A DNA stretch of 64,000 nucleotides from Hypanus sabinus (Eukaryota): positions 106,764,001 through 106,828,000 of the forward strand of contig NC_082717.1 in assembly GCF_030144855.1 (NCBI RefSeq), in the 5' to 3' direction. The notes beneath the pieces were generated by a model that worked only from the letters and a program-made list of their open reading frames with translations, did no database searches and was not told where the DNA came from. Shown piece by piece: positions 51,625 to 64,000 of the stretch; position 1 is the first letter of the stretch; every line of letters begins with the position of its first letter. The translations under genes and the position numbers were made by a program.

Positions 51625-52850
51625 CTTGTCAGTAAATAGAAATTCTCTCGGTGCCTCTCTGATCATTATTACTAAGGAGTAATCCATATAACGTGAGAAA
51701 CCCCAGTGGTCCTGCCATTGATACATCTATCACTTTCGTAGTGCCATTCCTAACAATAGCTTGTGCTGGTGGGTATGGTATTTGCATGATATTTGTCCAC
51801 ATTGCGAACCCTTTTCAAAGGGTAGGTTAAATTACTTCTATCATTTTAGTTGGTATTTGATTTGTATTGTTGTAATAAATTTGTGTCAATCATGGCAAGC
51901 AACCAACTAGCATGTGTAGCACAAACTTCAGTTTTATACATTTCCTTAAAAATCTGGTCAATATGGTCAGTCATCTGATTCATTGTATCTTGAATGAGCT
52001 TCAGAAATGTAAGTGCATCTAGAGTAACCTGGGATGCACCATGAACAATCTGATTGCTTGCATCTGATCTTGATTCTTTTCCCCAGTAATACCCCGCATT
52101 TTCTGCTGAGGCACTGTATCTGATTTTCTAATTCTGCTAAATCTAAGGTATTGAGCATTGTTAGCCCGATGCATAACTAGCTTCCACTGATTCCAACAGG
52201 CCTCTTCCTTCTATTTCTAACTTGTTTAAACTCACTCCTGTGAGGTAGGCTCCCAAGCAGATGAGTAAATAACTGTCTCGTAGGTGAACACCATTATTTC
52301 AGTTAGAGTAAAAATTACCTGCAAGCGCTGGTATCCTGGTACCCAAGTGACAAATTTCCCCGCATGTTTAACATGAATCCTACCCCCTTTGTGTAATGCT
52401 GGTCTCATTACATTTAGGCGTTTGTGTAGTGTCAGCATCTTGAGGTTGTGGGGTGGTCAGTTTCCTAGTAGATTTGAAAGCTCTGAAAGGGCCGAGGTCC
52501 TGACAGAAACTCTACCCATGTCCCTTAGTTCCCTTTTCATTCTCCTCTCCCCATGTACCAGATCCTCCTGTGGACAGTTTATAATGATGGAAGCAACCTT
52601 TGAGAAATGCTTGGTGTGGCCATTCCAATCGATTTACCTCTTGTATCAATGACCGCCCCACTCAATATTCACATGAGAATCATCCCTGAGAACTGTAATC
52701 TTACCGTGGCCCTCCTCACCTGAAGGTTGTTCAGTTAATCAGACCTGAAAACTGACAAATGATTATTCCATCTGGCTTGATAAAGTCATCTCAAGTATTT
52801 TATTGCATAAGAACTGTAAGGTTTTGCATAAGGGTTAATCCACACGTGTC
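51625..52850 (-). mobile_element. Decayed env-like relic (unit 2 copy)
   Basis: Paralogue of 15105-16350; RNRRKR at 52201-52218. Confidence 0.5.
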
Positions 52851-53116
52851 AAACCATCTACCCGAGCATAACAGAAGATTGAGTCCACGATTTCACCCTT
52901 AGAATTGAAAAGGGTAGCCACCGGGAGATCCGCTTTGTCATTATCAATGGGTATGGGGTGCATTTGGTCTGTTCACATTAAAAGGTTAGATGGAAACTGA
53001 CCAATGAGAACGTTCTTTTCCCGATTCCTTATTAGCATAGGGCCTAGCGTACTGTCTATTTAATCGGCGCTGTGAGTTGGCTCCGCTTATTTCCAGGTCC
53101 GAAGCTGATTGAAAAA

Positions 53117-53488
53117 ATGCCTGACCAGTCGAAAGCTTCCAAGAAAGGCGGTAAGAAAGCCGTGTCCAAAGCGCAAGCCAAGGGCGGCAAGAAGCGCAGG
53201 AGGGCAAGAAGGGAGACTTACTGCATCTACGTCTACAAGGTAATGAAACAAGTTCACCCCGACACCGGCATCTCCTCGAAGGCCATGGGCATTATGAATT
53301 CGTTCGTGAACGATATTTTCGAGCGCATTGCGGGCGAGGCTTCCCGCCTGGCTCATTACAACAAGCGTTCGACCATCACCTCTCGGGAGATCCAGACCGC
53401 CGTGCGCCTGTTGCTGCCCGGGGAACTGGCCAAGCACGCCGTGTCGGAAGGGACAAAGGCGGTGACCAAGTACACCAGCTCCAAGTGA
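53117..53488 (+). CDS. H2B: Histone H2B (unit 2)
   Basis: ATG at 53117; protein identical to unit 1. Confidence 0.98.
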   Translation: MPDQSKASKKGGKKAVSKAQAKGGKKRRRARRETYCIYVYKVMKQVHPDTGISSKAMGIMNSFVNDIFERIAGEASRLAHYNKRSTITSREIQTAVRLLLPGELAKHAVSEGTKAVTKYTSSK

Positions 53489-53518
53489 AGTCGCAGGAAG
53501 TGCTGACGGAAACCCAAC

Positions 53519-53534
53519 GGCTCTTTTAAGAGCC
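53519..53534 (+). terminator. Histone 3' stem-loop of H2B (unit 2)
   Basis: GGCTCTTTTAAGAGCC. Confidence 0.95.
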
Positions 53535-54294
53535 ACCCACAATTTCCATGGAAGAGTTTTACTAAATTTCGACATTGGATTGCAACGAACTTTAAAAGCT
53601 TTTACACAAAAGGTAATTCAAATTTTGTTTCTGTTGAGTAAATATTCCATCACACCATACAATCCTTTTGTGTCGCGTCCCTGCTTCACTGCTCTAACAC
53701 TGACATTTTGCCCTCTTGCATTCGTCAGCTTGTCGCGATTTTTTTCCCACTCACAAGTCTTTGCACAAAGACAGGTGCAGATGTGACCCTGTGTAAAAAC
53801 CCTGAATCCTCAAGATCATAACAGGTTCACTCGGGCTCCTTTCACACTACAGTCCGACGCAGACTTCGCTACGACTGTAGATCGTATGTGGTGACCCATC
53901 CAGTCTGATGCGTTGTACTTGGCTGCTATTGTATCCTGCGAATCAGTTTGTACTAATCGGTTACTAAAGTAATGAAGGTGCAGATTAAAATCAAATACTG
54001 TAATAATCACATACGTGAGGGTGTTACACCCTGTCCTTATTGTAAATGAGCGGTGATGATGTGATGATCAATCGTATTCACGCATTTACATGTTTTTTGG
54101 TTTAAAGGGTTAAACTTGGCGTGCTTTTCATAAACAGGGGTCTAAAATTAGTTTGGAGTATTTCTGAGCCTGTTCGCTCGCTGATTACACCGCTCCACAA
54201 TGCTCCAGGAAATTCATGGCCGAGCGCGAGATTATCTACTCATTATTGGTAAAATATCTGATAAAGAGAACGATACATCTCGCAAATCACCACG

Positions 54295-54510
54295 CAGAGA
54301 ATTAAGGAAATCATCCCGCGATCCCCCTCTATAGGTTCTGGAGGATTGCGAAAGGACACTTAAGATTGGCGGTGCCGTGCCTTCTCCGAATAGCAATTTA
54401 AAATTACCCAATGAGCGAGCTGTCCGATTCTCCAATGATCAGACGGCGCCAAAGAAGCGCGGAAAATAACTGCCTTGCCCCACTTGAAATTTGAAAAGCC
54501 CGCCAAAGGA
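54295..54510 (-). promoter_or_regulatory. Coding-less H2A promoter copy (unit 2)
   Basis: Paralogue of 17761-17965; CCAAT boxes and ttgaaaagcccgcc are kept, TATA is altered (TATAGAG). Confidence 0.75.
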
Positions 54511-55679
54511 AAAATGAAACTAACCTATACGCTAAAGCCTCGATCAATTACAAATCTGTATGATCATGGACTTCTGTGAAAACACATCAGATTATGGAAA
54601 GGTCTCTCCTCTCAAACTGTGGATGGAGTTACAGAATATTATGAACAGGTCACTCTTCTCAAACTGTGGCTGGAACAGGAGGATGAGTGGCCTCTGCGGA
54701 AGACAAAGGGATAGGGATCAGGAGATGTGGCTGGTGGGGGTGACCCACTGCAGCTAAAGCTTTGACAATTCATCAACCCCCACAGATGCTGCTCAGTCCA
54801 CTGTTCCTCCAGCCGAGATTGTTCAATGCACCAGGTTCCAGCATCTGCAGACTCAAGTTTCCTTTCTCAAGGGGGTACCAGTAAACTCAATAAGTAAGCC
54901 CAGTGGACGTGGTGTATTCTTTCAGATGGTTTTCTAAGACATAAATGGAGTCAAAGAGCATGGAAACCGGCCCTTCAACCAACCTGTCCATTCTGTGTTT
55001 CCAGTGAGCTAGTCCTACCTGTTCATGTTTAGCCCATAGCCTCAAAATGTCTCCTTGCCATCTATTTATCTAGATTGTTTTTAAATATTGCTCATGTGCC
55101 TGCCTCAACCACCATTTCTGGCAGCTCATTCCAAATGCACTCCACTTTTTGTGTGAAGAAGCTGCCTCTGATCTCCTTATAAATCTCACATCTCTGATCT
55201 GAATCTATTGTTCTCTTGTTATTAATACCCCTTTCCTGGGAATGCACTTTTACCCTCTATATGCCCCTCATAATCTTGTATACATCAATCAGTTCTCTCC
55301 TAAATCTTCTATGTTCCAGGGAACAAAGTACAAGTCCACAATACCTTTGCTTGTAGAGGATGCATAGAGACGGTGAACCTTTCTACACCATTGGTATGGT
55401 CACAGCTGGAGAACCATGTCCATGTCTGGGAAAGGTGGAACAGTTTTAGAGAGATTTGACTGAAATGGTCACAGCAGTGAGGGATCTAATCACTGCACCA
55501 AATGAAATTACCAAATACGTGGCCTTTCTCCTTAATGAATACAGCTGAGAACTTATCACTTCATGCCCTGCCCACCTCCTCTTGTCCCGTACACAAGTTG
55601 TTATTTTGCTCCACTCTCTCCTTAGTTACTCTCTTCATCTTCATACACTCGTTAATTATCATAGCAAACTACCCAAATG

Positions 55680-56625
55680 AGCCACGTCAAAACCTTGCTC
55701 CAAGGAGCAGAGACAACTTGCAGCATGGCGTAACTGAAGACTGATGAGGAGAAACACTTCTTTAAAGGATTCTTCTGAAACAGACACAGACTGAACTTCA
55801 TAGGGAGATGCCTGAGGTTGAGAATTCTCCAGCCAAGTGGTGACTGAATGGTTTGTCCTTCCATATATTCACAATATCTCAGAAATGATGGGCCAGCTAC
55901 TCTAAGAACATAGAACTGCAGTCGTGCAAAAGCTAATAGCAATGTTAAGGAGAGACCAAATGAATGAGCTAAGCTATTATACGAGAAAATATGGTCTACA
56001 AAATCCAATGTGGGGACTGCAGCAAATATTATGTCTGCCAAACAGGGAGAAAACTAACCACACATATCCATGAACATCAACTGGTTGACCAACTCTCATA
56101 GTCTCTATCCATGAAGAACAAAAGGGCACAAATTGGACTGGGCATCAGTGAACATCATGGTGCAAGCAAACACGGCAAGAGAATTCCTAGAAGCATGGAA
56201 GCATGAACCAACCTGTAGACCACAATCCTATTTATGAGACAACGCAGGCAAAATGCCAGACTACAATGCATGGAATTCATCACGAAACCAATCAGCAACC
56301 AGATTCCCTCTCCATAACTCAAGTAAGTTACTGAAATGGTGACCAGTCAGCTGACTGATAAGTATATAAAGACCAGGCATTCGGATGGCACACCACAATT
56401 TACAGCTCACCAATGATGTCCCCTTGTTTTGTGAAAAGTTTGTAAGTAAATTGCCAATATTGGACCCAACCCAACTCATCAATGGTTTTATTAACATTTA
56501 TTTGAGCATTCCCTTAATCTGGTTGCCACTGATAATTTGTGACTTGTCATTGTCCTTCGAATTTCTCTACCCATGAAGGAGAGGGGCATAAATTCGACTC
56601 ATGGCACAGGCAAACACATGGCATG
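55680..56625 (+). mobile_element. Penelope-like element fragment (GIY-YIG endonuclease, partial tandem end)
   Basis: PYIHNISEM; NMVYKIQCGDCSKYYVCQTGRKLTTHIHEHQ; AREFLEAW. Confidence 0.8.
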
Positions 56626-59600
56626 TAAACACTGCAAATTCTCCATACTGCTGAAGGGCCTCCCTATTCTTCAATGCTCTTTCCCTGTCGCATCATCGTT
56701 ATGTGCTGTTTCGTATGATGTTGGTGATCATGGTCTTCCATTTCTCTTTAATCTGAATTCACGGCTGCATTGGGCCGGATACCGAATTTAAGTGAGGGAC
56801 TGTGTGGTTCACCCAGTCAAAGCCATTGGTGGTCCGGCTCAGGGAAGTAGCAAGTGAAGTAGCAAACTTCCCGATGTGCCTGAGGGCAAGGCCCCCTTAG
56901 TGAACTCTGGGGAAGACCTTGAGGGGGAATCTGGATTTCCTGCTGGGGTACTGGTGAGGCCCGAATTGCAGAAGCCCTCGGTTGTACAGGCAAGCGGGAT
57001 GGCAGTGATTGTCAGGAACACTGTGAAGAGGGAGGTCACTTTCAAGCGGGGGATGTCCCAGTCCATCTGTTCCCAGTGACAGTAATGTCTAGTGTCTCTG
57101 TGAGACAAGCTGAGGAGAAACTATTGGAAAAAGGGGGAAAGTTGACCGTTGATTCATTCAACTTCGTGGACTTCCTGGTTCTTTGTAAATGGGCAACACA
57201 TCACACAGCATCCACAGAAATGAGATTTCTTAGTTTGGTGGGGCTAGAAGCTGTCTTCCCCTCGACAAACACATGCAGGCGGAGCCTGAGGGTTACATAT
57301 AAAATTTACTTGAACCTTCCTCATGACTTTTCTTTTTCCCTTTTGACCATCTTAATTCCTTCTTGAGCTCTAGGAACAATGAACAATACAGGCCATTAGA
57401 CCCATGATATTGTGCTAATCAGGATGTCAATTTATACTACTTGTCACGTCCATTTAAAAGACATTTAAACTCCAGCAAACTGTCTGTTTCCATTACTAGC
57501 TAACCGTAAAGCATGTCCTCTGGTGTTTGACATTTCTACCTTGCAGAAAAGATACCAATGATCTACCACTATCTATTCCTCTCATAATTTTAAAAGCCTC
57601 TGTTGCTTCCTTCCTTTGCCTCTGATATTCTATGAAAAATATAAGTCTGTCCAACATTTATATTGGCTCCTATAATTTAACCCCATCTTTGAGACATGAC
57701 TGAAAGAAGATCATAAAATACAGGACTCCAAAAGGTAACCAGGCTGTAGGATACAAATTACAATGGGATATGGAAAAGGCATGTAAAAAGGGAAATGTTA
57801 TGGTCGTCTGGGGGATTTCAGTATGCAGGTAGATTGGGAAAATCAATTTGATGCTGGATCTTAAGAGATGGAATTTGCAGAAAGCCCATAAGATTGCTAT
57901 TTAGATTAGCTCATGGTTGAGCCCACTCAGGTAAAGGCAATTCTGGACTGGGTGATCTGTGATGAACCAGATATGATTATGGAGCTTAAGGTAAGGGAAC
58001 CCTTCAGTGCTAGTAATCATTATATGGTAGAATTCATCGTGCAGTTTCAGACGGATAAGTTAAAGTCAGATGTATCATTACTGTAGTGCTAGGGAAATTA
58101 CAGAGGCCTGAGAGAGGAGCCAGCTAAGTTGATTGAAGGAAGAATGATGACAGAACAGCAAGGTCTGGAGTTTCTGGGGGCATGTCAGAAGGCGTAAGGT
58201 AGAAACATACCAAAGATGAAGTGATATTCTAAAGAGATGATAAGGTGACTATGGCTGACCAGGGAAATCAAAGACAGCATAAAAGCAATAGAGAGAGCAG
58301 ATAATATAGAAAAAGTTGTGGGAAGTTAAAGGATTGGGAAGCTTTCAAAAACAAACAGGAGGAAACTAAAAACCCATTTGAGAGAAAAGATTAAGTATGA
58401 AAGTAAATATTATAAATAGGATACCAAAACATTTCTCAGGAATATAGAGTAAAGGAGAGACGAGAGTGGATATCAGACCACTGGAAAATTATGCTGGAGA
58501 GATAGTAATGGGGGACAAAAGATGGCAAATGAACTTAATAATGCGTCAGACTTCACTGTGGATGATACTAGCAACATGCCAGAATTTCAAGTGCCATGGG
58601 ACAGAAGAGTGCAAATACTAATACTAAGGAGAAGCTGCTTGGGAAGCTGAACCGTCTGAACATAGGTAGGTAACCTAGACCAGATGGACCACACCCCAAT
58701 ATTCCGAAAGAGGAAGCTGAAGAGATTGTAGAGGCATTAGAAATTATCTTTCATGAATCACCAGATTCAGGAATGGTCCAGAAGGACAGGAAAGTTGCAA
58801 ATATCACTCCACTCTTTGGAAAGGTAAAAGGCGGAAGAAAGGAAATTATAGGCCAATTGACCACACGTCAGTGGTAGTGAAGATGCTGGTTTCCATTACG
58901 AAGGATGAGGTTTTGGAGTCAAGTTAGCGTGATTTCTTGCAAGGGAAGTCTGTTGGAATTCTTTGAGGAAATAACAGACAGGATAGACAAAGCAGAAGCA
59001 GTGGACACTGTTTACTTGGATTTTCAAAAGGCCTTTGACAAGGTGCCACTCATAACTTAACAAGTTATGAGTCCATGGTAATACATGAAAGGTACCAGCA
59101 TGGATAGAAGATTGGCTGACTGGCAGGAGGAAAGGAGGAAGAATACAGTGGACCTTTTCTCGTTGACTGCCTGAGACGAGTGGTGTTCCACACGTGTCAG
59201 TGTTCGGACCGCTTCTTTTCACATTACATGTTAATAATTTGGACGATGACATTGGTGGCTTTGTGATCAGGTTTGCGGATGATATGAAGCTAGGTGGTGT
59301 TACAGGGAGAGTTGTTAAGGCAGGGTGTCGCAGAAGGACTGAGACAGATTGGGAGAATGGTCAGAGAATGGCAGCTGGAAAATAACGGGGGCGATACACT
59401 CTGGTAGAAGGAATAAAGACTTCCGGTAAATTTTCAACGGAGAGAATACCCAAAACTGAAACCACCTCCCCACCCCCAGTCAGGTTCAAACTAATGAAGG
59501 AAAACGTGCAGCCAATTGCAGCACTGAAACCCCGTAATGGACAGCTCCCTTAGAACCAATTAGAGGGAATTGGGCGGCCCTTCATCAACCCTTTAAAAGC

Positions 59601-59660
59601 CAGTCACTAACTCCTCTCCGGCATTTAAATTTCCGTCGTTCAGATTTTTCGGACTGCTGA

Positions 59661-60077
<417 letters not shown>

Positions 60078-60106
60078 ATCCGGCCTCGGCACCAAGCACA
60101 ACAAAA

Positions 60107-60122
60107 GGCTCTTTTCAGAGCC
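60107..60122 (+). terminator. Histone 3' stem-loop of H3 (unit 2)
   Basis: GGCTCTTTTCAGAGCC. Confidence 0.95.
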
Positions 60123-61131
60123 ACTAACTCAGCAGTGGAAAGGGCTGGCATTTCCTATTCACTCAGCTTTTGTGTTGAAAAACAATTTTCACGCCGATTT
60201 CCTCTCACCTTCTGCTGTTTTGTGAAATTTCGTTCAACAAGACATCCCGGTTTCTACAGACTCCGACACGGCCGGACCCGATCAACACTGAATCAGCCCT
60301 TTGGTGCCGTTGGGTTAACGGCAGCGCGAACACCCTCGCCGTCAGGGTGTCTCTGTCCCCACACGCCTGCCGTGTGCAGTTGGTTATCGCCAAGTTTTCC
60401 GGGTATCTGCGGTTGTTACTGTCCTGGAGAATGGGTTTTAATACTCTCCCCGTACCATTTCTAGTCCAGTACTATACATGATCAATTCACGGGGACACAT
60501 CAGCCTGCAGACAGTTTCTTTCACAGAACATCTTATTTTTCACATTGCAAACTCGCCTTAGACCGAGTTTAAGAGACCAATGCAGAATCTGATGACGTAT
60601 ATACACAAGACAGACCGCGAGTATAAACTGTGGATCGGCTTTTGGAACTAAATGTCCAGAAACATTCAAACTAGTGAGTTAATTAAAATCATATTGATGG
60701 AATTAATGAGTCAATTCTTATTTTTGAAGACTTACCATTTAAAACTTTCCGGCGGACTTTTCAATTTCAAGCCATCCGGGGTACTGTCAACGCTCTGTGA
60801 TTGTGTCATTATGCCCAAAGGAGAATGGGAATTTAATCTCCTTAATGTAACAACAGTGCCCTTCGTAACCCGATGCCGTCCAGACTGTTCGGAGCGGGTT
60901 CAAATCCATAAGACCATAAAATATAGAAGCAGAATTAGGCCATTTGGCCCATCGAATCTGCTCCACACCATTTCATCATGGCTGATTCATTTCCCCCTCA
61001 GCCCCAATCTCCAGTCTTCCCCCTTCATAGGATAGTTGTCAATAATTTCATGACAATTTGACCACACTTTTGTTTTAAATTTTATCGCCTAATAAATCCC
61101 CGGTCACTGCTCTCTCCGTGAGTTGGTGGGC

Positions 61132-61147
61132 GGCTCTTAAAAGAGCC
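61132..61147 (-). terminator. Histone 3' stem-loop of H4 (unit 2)
   Basis: GGCTCTTTTAAGAGCC on the minus strand. Confidence 0.95.
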
Positions 61148-61179
61148 TTTGTTTTGGGTTTGGAAGAACGAAGGTTTGT

Positions 61180-61500
<321 letters not shown>

Positions 61501-62955
61501 TCACTCCCGTCGTTGTTCTGTAACGAGCTGTCTGCTGCTGTCGCCTTTTATACACAGCGCCCCGACCTGTCCGAGAAACGCGCAGAGAGTGAGAGGGGAG
61601 GAGACAGAGTGACGGGCAGTGCGGGGAGGGAGAGAGAGAGGGAAGGGGTGGAGACAGTCCGTGACAGACAGAGTGGAGAGCAGCTTCTCATCTTCATGAT
61701 CTGCAACCGCCACTTTCCAACGGTTTGGCCGCAACGGAACAGAAACCCAGCTCCCGGAAAAAAAAGCAACAGATGCACAGGAGATATCGAAGGTCGGTCA
61801 GTGACATTACCAGCTAACGCCCTGGATAACTGACCCAAACCTTTTGAAATGTGTGCTCAGTGCTCTGAAAATTAACCGATGATATTCTGGAAAAATCTGC
61901 AAATGTGCTGATCCGTTTTACCACATGATCATCCAGATCCTTGATATTGATGACAGACAAATATTGATCCGTGTTTTAGATGGAATATGATTCTGGATAA
62001 AGAAAATCATGTGGGGTAGAGTTCCGGTAGGTTGCAGAGAGCTTCCCCCATATCAGAAGAAGATAGATGTGCTGGACAGGGTGCGGTGCGGTGTGAGGTT
62101 GAGGGGGCAAGAGGGCGAGAGAGGTTCTGAGGAGGTCCTGGTTCACCCAGGCAGTGAGTACCTGGAGTACACTGCCAGAGAGAATGGTGGAAATAGAGTC
62201 AGAGTCGTTGGTGGTATTTCAGAAATGTCTCATCAAACGTGAAGCTTAGGAAAATAGAGAGCTATGGATAACCCTAGGTAATTTCTAAAATAAGTACATG
62301 TTAGGCACAGCATCATGGGCCGAAGGGCCTGTATTGTGCTATAGGTTTTCTATGCTTCCATGTTTTCTATGTTCAAGGCTACAGGCCAAGTATCAGAATA
62401 TGGATGATTTCCCACTGGCTGGTAGAGAGATGGTGGGCCAAATGGACTGTTATAGTACTGTAACACTCTGTTATAGTGAGAATCAACCAACCCCTACCAC
62501 TAGAATCATGTAAACCAGGTCAATACGATAATTGTATTCATCATTGCTCCATCCCCATTAACCCTTTACACCTGGCCATAGTTTATATAGATACTTATAT
62601 CATCCCAAGCATTTCTCTGTCAATCTTTTCTGCAAATTAAAATGAACTTTCTTTTCCCTCACTTTTCAAATTGTACATGAAATGTTCACACTCTTCCTCT
62701 TTCCATTGATGCTTCCTGAGCTGCTGGGGATATCCAGCATTCTCTGCTTTAGTTTTAAATTTCAACCATTTAGTCATTTAAAACTAATTAAATCAAACAT
62801 GCTCTGAAAAAGAAATCAACCTTGCTGAATTAAACTTGCTTTATTTTTCGACATTTTTGACTTTTTTCTCTCTTTCAAAACACAAATAATTGGAATTATT
62901 GTCCTTTCTGTCCTAGTGCCAAATTGTTTTTTCCCTTTCCTAACTAGAGATTTAA

Positions 62956-63611
62956 ACATATAACCATATAACAATAACAGCACGGAAACAGGCCATCTCG
63001 GCCCTTCTAGTCTGTGCCAAATGCTTACTCTCACCTAGTCCCACTGACCCGCACTCAGCCCATAACCCTCCATTCCTTTCCTGCCCATATACCTATCCAA
63101 TTTTACTTTAAATGGCAATACCGAACCTGCCTCTACCACTTCTACTGGAAGCTCGTTCTGCACGGCTACCACTCTCTGAGTAAAGAAATTCCCCCTCATA
63201 TTACCCTTAAACTTTAGCCCCCTAACTCTCAACTCATGTCCTCTTGTTTGAATCTCCCCTACTCTCAATGGAAAAAACCTATCCACATCAACTCTATCTA
63301 TCCCCCTCATAATTTTAAATACCTCTATCAAGTCACCCCTCAACCTTCTACGCTGCAAAGAATAAAGACCTAACTTGTTCAGTCTTTCCCTGTAACTTAG
63401 GTGCTAAAACCCAGGTAACATTCTAGTAAATCTCCTCTGTACTCTCTATTTTGTTGACATCTTTCCTATAATTCGGTGACCAGAACTGTACACAATACTC
63501 CAAATTCAGCCTTGTACAATTTTAATATTACATCCCAACTCCCATACTCAATGCTCTGATTTAAAAAGGCCAGCATACCAAAAGCTTTCTTCACCACCCT
63601 ATCCACATGAG
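62956..63611 (-). mobile_element. Short CR1 3' fragment; unit-2-specific
   Basis: ORFs 63035-63358 and 63466-63657; empty site at about 32667. Confidence 0.88.
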
Positions 63612-64000
63612 ATTCCAAAATATCCCCAAGAAGCCCCTTTGTAAAGTGACTGCCCACAGTAGCTCTCTGATTGATAGTTCATTCTGACCTGACCCACGGT
63701 ATGTGGACAGGATGTCATGTGATGTGAGGTCACTTCCCGAGAAGAATTGTGTGTGACCTCACTGACTGACGTTCCTGTGGCAACGGGATGGTGTGGCCCA
63801 TGTAGGGGGTTTAGCTTGGGATGGAGGTGGAGGTGAGGATTTACTCGGCGTGGGCGTACAGCTGACCTGAAGTGGGGTTGGTCTGTACGTGCTGAGGTTT
63901 TGAAGGATGAGATGTGATGTAATTGGCTTCTGGGTTCTGCAGATTAATGTGGAAAGCCGGATAAGACAGCAAATGGATCAGGTGAGCTGCTCCTTACTCT

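Noticed and set aside
53072-53116. N-terminal extension of H2B
   Set aside because: Non-ATG start; unit 1 has an in-frame stop in this region.

Overview
Eukaryotic DNA, most likely vertebrate. The repeat content (CR1 tails, Penelope-like fragments) suggests a cartilaginous fish; this is inference. The window holds two tandem copies of a replication-dependent core-histone unit, ordered H2A(-) ... H2B(+) ... H3.2(+) H4(-): unit 1 at about 0.7-41 kb and unit 2 at about 41-64 kb, incomplete. All eight intact genes are intronless and end in the 16-nt histone stem-loop plus a purine-rich downstream element. No H1 gene was seen. Spacers are inflated by several CR1 LINE families (many present in only one unit), Penelope-like fragments, a Tc1 end, a 38-bp minisatellite, a young Gypsy 3' end with LTR, and a decayed retroviral env-like relic. 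Main observations: (1) coding-less copies of the H2A promoter that face the 3' ends of histone genes; (2) an H2B with a Cys and several lost modification sites; (3) an H2B pseudogene split by a CR1 with twin-priming 5'-inversion geometry and a second CR1 nested inside; (4) a second H2B pseudogene whose 3' half appears gene-converted; (5) minimal hammerhead ribozyme motifs; (6) patchy homogenisation between the units. All alignments were done by eye and transposon boundaries are approximate.
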